A stretch of 53,690 nucleotides of DNA, taken from positions 1 through 53,690 of the IMG/VR virus record IMGVR_UViG_3300037756_000111; one strand, 5' to 3'. The notes beneath the pieces are model-generated. The model was not told the DNA's origin, did no database searches, and worked only from the letters and a program-made list of their open reading frames with translations. The position numbers were made by a program, and so were the translations under genes. This DNA comes from a virus. Its lineage: Duplodnaviria > Caudoviricetes. Shown here in pieces: positions 8,742 to 16,606 of the stretch (within the stretch, counting starts at the first letter, position 1; the number at the start of each line of letters is the position of its first letter).

Positions 8742-9057
8742 AGTCATCCTGCTGCAAATCCGCTATAAGCCATTCCATAACCTGAAGTGGGGCCAATGCC
8801 CTGTCTCCGGTACCGACATTCAGGAGATCTGGTGGCAGTACACGAGGCCCGATGCTCGGCGGCCTTCCGTCTTGGAAATGGGTGAGAGCGGAAAGCTTCT
8901 CGTGAACATCACCGAAGAGACCGAAGAATCCCTGGTCCGCAAGGTGTGGGGCATGACCCTGCGCCTTGAGGACCACGAGGCCCGTGAGTTCTTCACGTAC
9001 GGAGACCAGCGCCCGATGGATCCCCACGTTGAACTGATCAAGCCTCTATTGGAATGA
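8719..9057 (+). CDS. Conserved phage hypothetical protein
   Basis: C-terminal HEAREFFTY...DPH motif; start uncertain. Confidence 0.65.
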   Translation: MLSLTQFEVILLQIRYKPFHNLKWGQCPVSGTDIQEIWWQYTRPDARRPSVLEMGESGKLLVNITEETEESLVRKVWGMTLRLEDHEAREFFTYGDQRPMDPHVELIKPLLE

Positions 9058-9338
9058 GACGAACGCGACTATTGCACTTCGACGGATCATGGATAGAGAC
9101 ATGGCATCCCGGACCATGGTCTGGATGTCACGGTCTGTCCTCTTCGGGCGTGCATTGTGCCTGGCTTCCCCAAGGGGCCATGCTCAATATTGTTCACGAC
9201 ACTAAGGACAAATACCACACTCATTGGTGTGGGAAATGTCTGAGGGATCGCCCCGTCGATTGTGTATGGAGGAACAACAATGGCCGAACAAAACCAGAAT
9301 CAGAATCCTATTTAGTTGATCGGAGGAATGAGAAATGA
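9054..9338 (+). CDS. FDGxW-family small Cys/His protein, copy 5
   Basis: LHFDGSW...CHGLSSSGVHC...H...CGKC; ATGA overlaps at both ends. Confidence 0.65.
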   Translation: MRRTRLLHFDGSWIETWHPGPWSGCHGLSSSGVHCAWLPQGAMLNIVHDTKDKYHTHWCGKCLRDRPVDCVWRNNNGRTKPESESYLVDRRNEK

Positions 9339-9574
9339 CACCCGACGAACTGGTAGCCGAGATCTTCCGGATACAGAACGAGCGCAACCCTGATGCCGAC
9401 CCCGGTGATCTGACCATAGAGATCCAAGACGACATGCCGATGGTGTTGGTCTGGCAAGCCAAGTGGCGTGACTCGGACCGCTTCGACATAGAGGATTTTG
9501 TACCCGATGGAATGGGAACCACCATCCAAGCGGCGCTTGAAGATGCCCTCACCAATGTTCTAGCGAAGACCTGA
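9335..9574 (+). CDS. Small acidic protein
   Basis: GGAGG RBS; overlaps neighbours. Confidence 0.65.
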   Translation: MTPDELVAEIFRIQNERNPDADPGDLTIEIQDDMPMVLVWQAKWRDSDRFDIEDFVPDGMGTTIQAALEDALTNVLAKT

Positions 9575-9765
9575 TGCCACACACACCACCCCTCCTCGAA
9601 GATGCCATCGAAAAAGTGGAAGGCATTGAACTCCGCGCCCGACGCTATCACGACTTAGGGGCAGCGGCAAAGCCACCTCCCTTAGAGTGGGAAGAAGTCG
9701 AAGCGCTAAGGGTCTTGCTCCGGGTCGGACGCGACCTGTTGTCATTACGATCAGTGTTGACCTGA
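9574..9765 (+). CDS. Hypothetical protein
   Basis: TGATG coupling at both ends. Confidence 0.55.
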   Translation: MPHTPPLLEDAIEKVEGIELRARRYHDLGAAAKPPPLEWEEVEALRVLLRVGRDLLSLRSVLT

Positions 9766-10001
9766 TGGCCTGGCTCGCGTGGTGTGACTACCACGGAGGA
9801 CCGTGGGACTACCCGTTCGAGGGCCAATGCTGCAACGGAGCCAACCCTGAAAATTGCGTCAGGGCAGTGTTTGTCCAGGCCCACCTGGGGCCGCCGATAG
9901 AGCGCGCGAGCAGAAGATTCGACAACACCATGACCGCCGACATCTTTCCCGCTGAGCGGGTTGAAATGATTCGTTTCCTAAGGGGAGACAGGAAAATCTG
10001 A
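9765..10001 (+). CDS. Small Cys/His protein (WCDYH...RRFDN)
   Basis: TGATG coupling; same C-x2-H...C...C layout as 10001-10198. Confidence 0.6.
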   Translation: MAWLAWCDYHGGPWDYPFEGQCCNGANPENCVRAVFVQAHLGPPIERASRRFDNTMTADIFPAERVEMIRFLRGDRKI

Positions 10002-10198
10002 TGACCTGGATGGCCCACTGCTCTACGCATTGGGGGCTTTGGATAGACAAAGAAAACAGGTGTGAGGACGCTCTTCTCTCCTCCATTATCTGTAAGAAAC
10101 AAGTGATGGTGTCAATCACCCAAGGATTTGACAATGCCATACATGTGGAAATAACCAATGAAGAAAGAGAGGCGATCATCGAATGGATGAAGACCTAA
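10001..10198 (+). CDS. Small Cys/His protein (HCSTH...GFDN)
   Basis: TGATG coupling; resembles the preceding gene. Confidence 0.55.
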   Translation: MTWMAHCSTHWGLWIDKENRCEDALLSSIICKKQVMVSITQGFDNAIHVEITNEEREAIIEWMKT

Positions 10199-11118
10199 TC
10201 GACATCGACGACCTCGAAGAATACCAACGGATGCTCGACCAAAAGTACGGACAAATTCCCGAGGACCTCGAGGTTTTCAAGGCCCAGCAGGAGGAGCTAG
10301 CCAAGAGCCTGGCGTGGTCGAGCTCGATACTGGAAGAGATTGCCAGAGACGAACAAGCACCTCAAGGACTGCTACTCATCGGACAGCAGATCGTAAAGAG
10401 CCAGATCGAACCTTACATGAAGGCCCAGAAGTTCCCCCACAGCCTCATATTGGGGCCTCCTGGCATCGGAAAGACCCATCTGGCCCGATGGATAGCAGCC
10501 AAGCGAGGCGAGGTATTTGAGGAGTTCCTGGCCCCTGTAAGAGCAGAGCAGTTGCAAAGGACTGGGATGGTGTTGCTAGACGAAGCTCACCGCCAATACA
10601 GGCCTGAGTCTCTCTTCCCAATCATGGAACTGGGGTTCGTGACCATCATGGCAGCCACCACCCGCCCCGAACTACTGGATCCCGCCTTTATTTCCCGGTT
10701 CGCTCTGCGTTTAGACCTGGATCTCCTGTCGCAAGAAGATTCAGAGACTCTGATCGCCGGTCTGCTGAACACCGATGTCGATGTCAGCAAGCTTGCAGCA
10801 GCAAGCGCTGGCAACCCTCGGCAGGCTGAGCGAATTGTGACTACGGCCAGGGCTCTAGGCACCACCGACCCCAACTATGTACTGGCCGCTATCCGAATCA
10901 ATGCCGATGGGTTGGACGATGTTCACCTGAAGATCCTTCGAACCCTGAGGCGTATCTCGAGACCTGTAGGTGTGGCGCAAATAGCAACTATGCTCTACAC
11001 CTCCGAACAGGACATCAAGGAACACGAGCGACTACTCATGAACCACGGACTGCTCGACCTAACGTCCGCCGGTCGTATGCTCACTAAGAAAGGAGAGAAG
11101 TATGCAGACGCAGTCTGA
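10183..11118 (+). CDS. RuvB-like AAA+ ATPase
   Basis: GPPGIGKT, LDEAHR, AATT, SRF, GNPR, GLDD and C-terminal winged-helix GRMLT match the RuvB layout. Confidence 0.85.
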   Translation: MDEDLIDIDDLEEYQRMLDQKYGQIPEDLEVFKAQQEELAKSLAWSSSILEEIARDEQAPQGLLLIGQQIVKSQIEPYMKAQKFPHSLILGPPGIGKTHLARWIAAKRGEVFEEFLAPVRAEQLQRTGMVLLDEAHRQYRPESLFPIMELGFVTIMAATTRPELLDPAFISRFALRLDLDLLSQEDSETLIAGLLNTDVDVSKLAAASAGNPRQAERIVTTARALGTTDPNYVLAAIRINADGLDDVHLKILRTLRRISRPVGVAQIATMLYTSEQDIKEHERLLMNHGLLDLTSAGRMLTKKGEKYADAV

Positions 11119-11407
11119 TGCTCCCAAGAGACGAGGGGCCAAGCCCCAGCCGATCAAGCACGGCACCCTACATGCCTACCGCAAATACAAGTGCCGTTGC
11201 AGGCCCTGCATTGACGCTCAGACCGAGCGTTGCAACACGTGGACGCGTACCCGAGACCTTGCCAACGCACCTCACGGCACTGTTTCTGGCTACATCAATT
11301 GGCGGTGTCGCTGCTATGCATGCAAGCTGGCTGGCTCCATCCAGAACAAGGAAGTCAAAGCACGCATGATCGCGCGAGGATGGATACCCAAGGCGCGAAG
11401 GAAGTGA
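11102..11407 (+). CDS. Basic protein with two HGT-x3-Y...CRC-x2-C Zn repeats
   Basis: HGTLHAYRKYKCRCRPC and HGTVSGYINWRCRCYAC. Confidence 0.8.
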   Translation: MQTQSDAPKRRGAKPQPIKHGTLHAYRKYKCRCRPCIDAQTERCNTWTRTRDLANAPHGTVSGYINWRCRCYACKLAGSIQNKEVKARMIARGWIPKARRK

Positions 11408-11408
11408 C

Positions 11409-11645
11409 GTGGAAACTATCGAGGAACTGATGAAGCGCACCATCGTCTACGTCCCCGACGACTCCGGCTTCTGGAGCGAGGACCGGGAGCGAGTCTTCCA
11501 TTGGCGAGCTGGACGACCGCGCTTTACCCTGTGCGGTCTCGAAGAAGAACACTTCGACCTTAAGCCTTTGGGAGAGATAACTCTCTCGGTATGTCTTTCC
11601 TGCGAAGAAGTAACCAAGCGAATAGAGAAAGGATGGTCTTCATGA
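11409..11645 (+). CDS. Small Zn-binding protein
   Basis: FH...TLCG...CLSC. Confidence 0.6.
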   Translation: METIEELMKRTIVYVPDDSGFWSEDRERVFHWRAGRPRFTLCGLEEEHFDLKPLGEITLSVCLSCEEVTKRIEKGWSS

Positions 11646-12043
11646 TCGGAGACCTATACGAACCACGCCAAATCCAGATCAACCTGGACGAGTATCAGCT
11701 AGCCGCCACCATCGAAGCAACCCATGATGCCCTCATAAAGAGAGTCAAATGGACGGTGATCAGAGAACCTCATTGGGCAGGTCTGGACTACCAGATAATC
11801 AAGATGTCCATCTCCCACCTCGCTCAGGCCTATACCACCTTCATGTTCGCGGCTCGCGACCTACCTTCCGAAGCATTCCACAGCGAGTTCTTCTCCACGT
11901 TTTCGATTGAGCCAGACATGTGGGGTCTCATCAATGCCATCACTTTTGGCAAGAACTGGGAAAGCATGCCGATCCACCCCCACATGCCGGGACACCCGAG
12001 CCGACCAGCGTGCAGCCTCTGCGACGGATTCGAGATGGCATGA
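11642..12043 (+). CDS. Hypothetical protein
   Basis: ATGA overlap; C-terminal H...H...CSLC. Confidence 0.6.
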   Translation: MIGDLYEPRQIQINLDEYQLAATIEATHDALIKRVKWTVIREPHWAGLDYQIIKMSISHLAQAYTTFMFAARDLPSEAFHSEFFSTFSIEPDMWGLINAITFGKNWESMPIHPHMPGHPSRPACSLCDGFEMA

Positions 12044-12498
12044 AAGCCATAGGATTCACGGGCACCCAAGCGGGAATGAACGACGATCAATTCCAGGAAG
12101 TCTGGTGGACGCTGCAGGGCTACCGAGCCAACGGCTACCGAGAATTTCATCATGGTGACTGCATCGGTGCTGACGTAGAGGCAGCAACTATCGCTAACGT
12201 CCTGGGCTACAAGATCGTATGCCACCCACCGGATAACCCGTCCAAGCGTGGATACTTCTGGGCTAATGACGTAGTGCTTGAGGAGTTCCCATACCTCACC
12301 CGCAATCAGCACATCGTCAGGGACACCGAGTTTGTGATCGCCACTCCCAAGGAACAGAAAGAAATAGACCGAAGCGGTACCTGGGCCACGATCAGACAAG
12401 CAAGAGCCCGGACCCAAGCTCATGTCATCACTCCTGACGGAATGCTCGAGGTACAGGACAAGTCGTACGCCTTCGGGAGAGCGAGGAAGGTCGGATGA
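12040..12498 (+). CDS. SLOG-superfamily (YspA/DprA-like) nucleotide-binding protein
   Basis: IGFTGTQ, FHHGDCIGAD, YLTRNQHIV, SGTWATIR. Confidence 0.8.
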   Translation: MKAIGFTGTQAGMNDDQFQEVWWTLQGYRANGYREFHHGDCIGADVEAATIANVLGYKIVCHPPDNPSKRGYFWANDVVLEEFPYLTRNQHIVRDTEFVIATPKEQKEIDRSGTWATIRQARARTQAHVITPDGMLEVQDKSYAFGRARKVG

Positions 12499-12818
12499 GC
12501 GACACTGATGCCGATTGGACCAACACACTGGCCTGCCGATGGGCAGAAGGTCACCTGAAGCTTCCGAAGGGGAGTGTGATAAAGGTGACCTACGGTCACG
12601 AAAGTGAAGATCATTACTATGTCGGGCCTGACGAGTACGACTCCCAAAACATGGGATCCTGGACCTACATGTGGGCCTGGCTCAACATCGAAGTCCCCGA
12701 CCCCTACGGCGGGATGTACCCCGTACACAGATTGGATATCAGTCTGAGTCTTGAGACAGCAGTGAAAGAAATGCTCGCCCTTGGCGAGTCCATCATCGAA
12801 AGTGGAGAAAAACTATGA
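12495..12818 (+). CDS. Hypothetical protein
   Basis: ATGA overlaps at both ends. Confidence 0.6.
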   Translation: MSDTDADWTNTLACRWAEGHLKLPKGSVIKVTYGHESEDHYYVGPDEYDSQNMGSWTYMWAWLNIEVPDPYGGMYPVHRLDISLSLETAVKEMLALGESIIESGEKL

Positions 12819-13066
12819 GACTCAACGATGCAGCCATCATCAACGTGGTTCACAATTATGTGAGATGGACCAACCCCAACGCAGGCTTCGACGATTTAGA
12901 CATCATAGATATCGCGTCAAGGACATTTCACAAACCAGGGAACATCGGCATATGGGCCGACGCCGAGTCGATATGCAAAAAGAAATTTGACGGAGACGCG
13001 ATCTTCATACGAAGGTCTGTAGCTGAAAAGATCCTCCCACCTTGCAAGCGGTGCTACGGCCTGTAA
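12815..13066 (+). CDS. Small Zn-binding protein
   Basis: GGAG RBS; FH...SIC...CKRC. Confidence 0.6.
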   Translation: MRLNDAAIINVVHNYVRWTNPNAGFDDLDIIDIASRTFHKPGNIGIWADAESICKKKFDGDAIFIRRSVAEKILPPCKRCYGL

Positions 13067-13076
13067 AGTCTCCCAT

Positions 13077-13152
13077 GGTGGCCGTAGCTCAACGGTAGAG
13101 TGCCTGGTTGTGATCCAGGAGACGAGGGGTTCGACACCCCCCGGTCACCCCA
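13077..13152 (+). tRNA. tRNA-His(GUG)
   Basis: Acceptor GTGGCCG/CGGTCAC, G-1 opposite C73, anticodon arm CCTGG-TTGTGAT-CCAGG, T-loop TTCGACA, encoded CCA. Confidence 0.92.
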
Positions 13153-13240
13153 TGAGGGCGCGTGGTGCCCAGCTAAAGAGTGTTATCCGCTGGGCCAAGT
13201 GGCGAAAGTAAGGGTCGACCGCAGCAGCCCGCGCCCTCAT
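13152..13240. ncRNA. Unidentified structured element next to the tRNA
   Basis: 11-bp closing stem ATGAGGGCGCG/CGCGCCCTCAT enclosing two hairpins. Confidence 0.45.
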
Positions 13241-13267
13241 TCATATTCCTTCCGATAGCGGAAGTAT

Positions 13268-13675
13268 TTAGAAACGACACTCCCAAGCATTGCAACCATA
13301 GTCCCAGTCCACTTTCTGGTCCCAGACCTCGCAATCGTTAGCCTCGGTCCTGAATTTACACGACACACAGGTTGCCAGGACCTCCCTGTAGCGCCAGGTC
13401 CCTTGCTTGGCCATCTGTAAGCTCATGCCGTAGCTATGCACCGACATGCCGTGTTGGATCGCCCCGTGGAAGGCCCACTTGGGCCAGGTAATAGGGTCGC
13501 TATGCGCTTCGCGATGGTGAAAACGGCAAAGACTGACTAGGTTCCAGGGTTCATCAGGCCCGCCGTGACTACGGAAAATGATGTGGTGGATCTCTGTGTC
13601 CCCGACAAGTCCACACACCTGGCACTGACCACCATCGCGTTCAGCTACCTGTTGGTAGGGGTTGGGCTTGGCCAC
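13268..13675 (-). CDS. HNH endonuclease
   Basis: RDGGQCQVCG, HHIIFRSHGG, NLVSLCRFHH. Confidence 0.9.
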   Translation of the reverse strand: MAKPNPYQQVAERDGGQCQVCGLVGDTEIHHIIFRSHGGPDEPWNLVSLCRFHHREAHSDPITWPKWAFHGAIQHGMSVHSYGMSLQMAKQGTWRYREVLATCVSCKFRTEANDCEVWDQKVDWDYGCNAWECRF

Positions 13676-14561
13676 GGATCTCCTCTTGGAATAGGTCCAT
13701 CATCTCTCCGTAGGTCATAGTAATTCCTTCGGGTGAAGGTACTAAACCTCCCATTCTCGGACGCCTGGCTGAGAGATTGGTAACCACAGAGGTTCCCTTC
13801 CGGATCGCCGGGTACCTGCCCTTTAGAAACTGATACCAAGTCATGGGCGAGGCATCGGGCCCAACATGGACGATAGGTGGAAGGTCTACGCCGTCGTACA
13901 TTTGCCAGGCCAAGCGCAACAGAACCCTCGCCGCGGCTTCGACATGAGTGGGGGTACCTGTTATGTCGTCCCATATAGACACAGGCTTGACGGCTTCTAT
14001 CGCTTCACCTGAAGGTCGCACAATGGTCTCGTACCCCGACTTGACCGCAAGCATCGGCGCGCTCTGCGGGTATTCGGGTCCGAACAGCCAGCCGATACGG
14101 GCTATCACTGTGCTGGGACTGATGGCAGCGTTCCACTCTCCCCGTAACTTGCTGAGGCCATACTGCTGGACAGGGAAAGGTCTATCTCCCGCCCGGTAAG
14201 GACCTTGGGGACCACCGCCAAACACGTAATCGGTTGACACGTGAAGCAATTTCATACCATAGGCAAGACAGGCTATGGAAAGAAACCCTGGACCCAGGGT
14301 ATTGGCCCCTCCTCCGAGTTGAGCAAAAGTCTCCATCTGATTGACATTTGTGTAAGCCGCACAATTGATCACGATCTCGACACCTCGGGCTGCTGCTCGG
14401 GCAAGGTACTCCGCCACCTGGCGAGCGTCGGTTACGTTGAGATCAAGGTGTCTGGCCATCTCCAACGGGAGGCCCAGGCTCGACAGCTTCAACATACGTT
14501 CGGCTAAGCGTCCTCCGCCTACGACAAGTATCACCGAATCAGGATACCGCCACGCCTTCAT
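13641..14561 (-). CDS. rmlD: dTDP-4-dehydrorhamnose reductase-like SDR
   Basis: INCAAYTNV, HVSTDYVF, YGLSKLRGE, GTPT; GAAGGAAG before ATG 14561. Confidence 0.8.
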   Translation of the reverse strand: MKAWRYPDSVILVVGGGRLAERMLKLSSLGLPLEMARHLDLNVTDARQVAEYLARAAARGVEIVINCAAYTNVNQMETFAQLGGGANTLGPGFLSIACLAYGMKLLHVSTDYVFGGGPQGPYRAGDRPFPVQQYGLSKLRGEWNAAISPSTVIARIGWLFGPEYPQSAPMLAVKSGYETIVRPSGEAIEAVKPVSIWDDITGTPTHVEAAARVLLRLAWQMYDGVDLPPIVHVGPDASPMTWYQFLKGRYPAIRKGTSVVTNLSARRPRMGGLVPSPEGITMTYGEMMDLFQEEIRGQAQPLPTGS

Positions 14562-14578
14562 GCTTCCTTCGCCTGAAA

Positions 14579-14776
14579 TTAGTCGTCCATGACAATCAGG
14601 TTGGCATCTTCGGGAAGGTCCCAACACACGTGACGGTTACCCGTAGCTACCTCCATCGCGAGAGCAGGTTCGTGGTACCCATCCTTTTTCTTCGTGCGAA
14701 CAATCACAAGTGCTTCCTTGCACTTGTCACACTCGCGACGCTCATACTCCATGGCGATACCAACGTTCTTAGGCAT
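14579..14776 (-). CDS. Small Zn-binding protein
   Basis: CDKC...HVC. Confidence 0.6.
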   Translation of the reverse strand: MPKNVGIAMEYERRECDKCKEALVIVRTKKKDGYHEPALAMEVATGNRHVCWDLPEDANLIVMDD

Positions 14777-14861
14777 TGACGATCCTCACTATCTGGATGA
14801 CGAATCCGAAGACCAGGCCCCCGAAGAAGGCATACCAGCCCCTCCGATCCATCCTTCTCAT
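14769..14861 (-). CDS. Small membrane peptide
   Basis: MRRMDRRGWYAFFGGLVFGFVIQIVRIVNA; overlaps both neighbours. Confidence 0.5.
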   Translation of the reverse strand: MRRMDRRGWYAFFGGLVFGFVIQIVRIVNA

Positions 14862-14956
14862 GAACAACCAGTCGTCTCCCCGCACACTTGGCACGTAAAG
14901 CAAGCCCCGGTCTTCACCAGGGCCTTGTTACCACAGAAAAAGCACTTCTCAGGCAT
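14858..14956 (-). CDS. 32-aa Zn-ribbon peptide resembling the class II ribonucleotide reductase C-terminus
   Basis: MPEKCFFCGNKALVKTGACFTCQVCGETTGCS; overlaps the endolysin stop and the next start. Confidence 0.7.
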   Translation of the reverse strand: MPEKCFFCGNKALVKTGACFTCQVCGETTGCS

Positions 14957-15692
14957 TGATCATCTCCAAAATTTGCTTGCCTTTGGTCACGAGAAGATAA
15001 GCAAACTCAGCGCGGGTCATCTTCTCATCGGGATACCAAAGCTTCCCGTCGCCGACCATGATACCTCGCTCGATCATCCGGCGTGCCTGTACCTCGGCCC
15101 AATGTCCAGTCAGGTCTGGATAGGAAACCTGCGGCGGCAGAATGATGGGCGGGGAACCACCGGGGAGGATGCTCTTGATGTAGGAACGCTCCCAGGCCAT
15201 ATCAAGGGAATGGGGATCAGACTTGCGAGCAGGTGCCCACTCCTTGTGGCCACACAAGAAGGCTTCCGATCTCTTCACGTGAAGCAAAATGGCAGCGGTC
15301 GCCCGACGCACCGAGTCTAACTGTGCCAGCGGCCAAGGCTCGGCAGCAGTACCAGCGTTATACATCTCAAAGCCGATCATCGAACGGTTGCCCGTCATCC
15401 CGTTCCACGACCCCGCTCCGGCATGATTAGCTACACCCGTAGCGACGATGTAGTGGGTGCCATCACGTTCTGTTCCAACATTACACAGAGGGGGAGGGGT
15501 AGTGGCATTGCCCTTATAGGCAAGCAGGTTGTTGACACTGGCCGTCGTCCAGTTTGTTCCCGTGACGGTATGGTGCCAGACCACTCCAGGATTGGCTATT
15601 CCATCGTCCCTACCCCTGGCATCCGCGCCGTCCAGTACCACCACTGGTAGGCCAGCAGCTTTCAGGACGGCGGGGAGCCAAGACCACATCAT
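14949..15692 (-). CDS. Endolysin: Amidase_2 domain plus C-terminal SLH domain
   Basis: WHHT, NHAG, IGFE, GHKEW, KSDP; SLH-like YPDLTGHWAE...GIMVG...PDEKMTRAEFA. Confidence 0.9.
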   Translation of the reverse strand: MMWSWLPAVLKAAGLPVVVLDGADARGRDDGIANPGVVWHHTVTGTNWTTASVNNLLAYKGNATTPPPLCNVGTERDGTHYIVATGVANHAGAGSWNGMTGNRSMIGFEMYNAGTAAEPWPLAQLDSVRRATAAILLHVKRSEAFLCGHKEWAPARKSDPHSLDMAWERSYIKSILPGGSPPIILPPQVSYPDLTGHWAEVQARRMIERGIMVGDGKLWYPDEKMTRAEFAYLLVTKGKQILEMINA

Positions 15693-15820
15693 GACTTAGG
15701 TACTCTCAGTCCAGACTCGTTATCGCCTGCGTCTCCAGCCTGATGCCAGCCCGGATCAAAGGTACCCATGTCTTCGTTGTAACCCACGTCACCGGGGTTA
15801 AAGCCCTCATCGAAGCGGCT

Positions 15821-16168
15821 TCAGCGAGGAGCAGCATCGTCACTGCCGCCCCCGTAAGCCTCCTCTCCTGCTTCAAGCAAAACTTCTGCGGTGATCTTGC
15901 GACTGTTGTTCAGGGCACCCTTTGCCTCTGCGATAACCGAAGCAACACCTGCAAGGATTGCACCTGTGAGCAGACGGTTCTCGAGGTCAAGGCCACTGAA
16001 AGTGAATTGCTCGACCACGCTGGCCGGAATGAAGGTGGCCGCAAAGCCCACCGCCCAGGCCAAAATATTCACCAGCCGACCATCGACGCCCGTAGCAACG
16101 CTACGAATCCACTCGACAGCCAGGGTTACCAACGTACCAACAATCAGAAAAGCCAGTCCAGTATCCAT
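15821..16168 (-). CDS. Holin-like membrane protein (frame continues past the TGA to 15689)
   Basis: Three hydrophobic segments, directly upstream of the endolysin, AAGGAGG RBS. Confidence 0.7.
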   Translation of the reverse strand: MDTGLAFLIVGTLVTLAVEWIRSVATGVDGRLVNILAWAVGFAATFIPASVVEQFTFSGLDLENRLLTGAILAGVASVIAEAKGALNNSRKITAEVLLEAGEEAYGGGSDDAAPR

Positions 16169-16423
16169 TCATCCCTCCTTGGGGGGTTCGTTCAAGTGAA
16201 CTCTAACATCCACTTTACCATTTCTATCACTGGCGACGTGCCAATGATCACAATGCCTACAATCGTAGGCCAACAGGTCAAGGGTCCTGCTAGACGCCAT
16301 TTTAGCGTACAGCCGGGCTTCTTCACCTGAAGGAAACCCGAACTTCTTGCTCGGGCAATTCTTAATCCTCCACGGATGTGGGTCCTCCGCCTTGCGTTTC
16401 TTCGCTGTTCCCTTGCTCGACAT
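16169..16423 (-). CDS. Small basic Zn-binding protein
   Basis: CPSKK...AYDCRHCDHWHVAS; AAGGAGG RBS. Confidence 0.75.
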   Translation of the reverse strand: MSSKGTAKKRKAEDPHPWRIKNCPSKKFGFPSGEEARLYAKMASSRTLDLLAYDCRHCDHWHVASDRNGKVDVRVHLNEPPKEG

Positions 16424-16523
16424 GCTTAGCCTCCTTCAGGTGACCTTCCATCAGAGCAGCCCCGATGAAATCGTACGGAACGATGAACCCACAAGCATTA
16501 CAACGCAACGACTTGCTACTCAT
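16362..16523 (-). CDS. C2H2-like small protein
   Basis: MSSKSLRCNACG...MEGHLKEAKH; ATGA overlap. Confidence 0.5.
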   Translation of the reverse strand: MSSKSLRCNACGFIVPYDFIGAALMEGHLKEAKHVEQGNSEETQGGGPTSVED

Positions 16524-16606
16524 CCCAACCACCAGCCAATCAAGCCAGGAATCCCAACAAGAAAAGCTATCTCTAACAAATCAGACCGTCTAGGTCTGTC
16601 TCTCAT
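16520..16606 (-). CDS. 28-aa membrane peptide
   Basis: MRDRPRRSDLLEIAFLVGIPGLIGWWLG; ATGA overlaps at both ends. Confidence 0.5.
   Translation of the reverse strand: MRDRPRRSDLLEIAFLVGIPGLIGWWLG

Noticed and set aside
2163-9338. Diversity-generating retroelement behind the small-protein family
   Set aside because: No reverse transcriptase, and no near-identical template/variable repeat pair differing at adenines.
13077-13152. tRNA as an attachment site or prophage boundary
   Set aside because: Phage genes lie on both sides, and there is no integrase or duplicated tRNA 3' end in the window.
13153-13240. tRNA-Sec, hammerhead or HDV-like (theta) ribozyme
   Set aside because: No UCA anticodon arm or T-loop. 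CTAAAGA...CGAAA resembles the hammerhead core but lacks the essential G and a proper stem II. I could not build the nested HDV pseudoknot.
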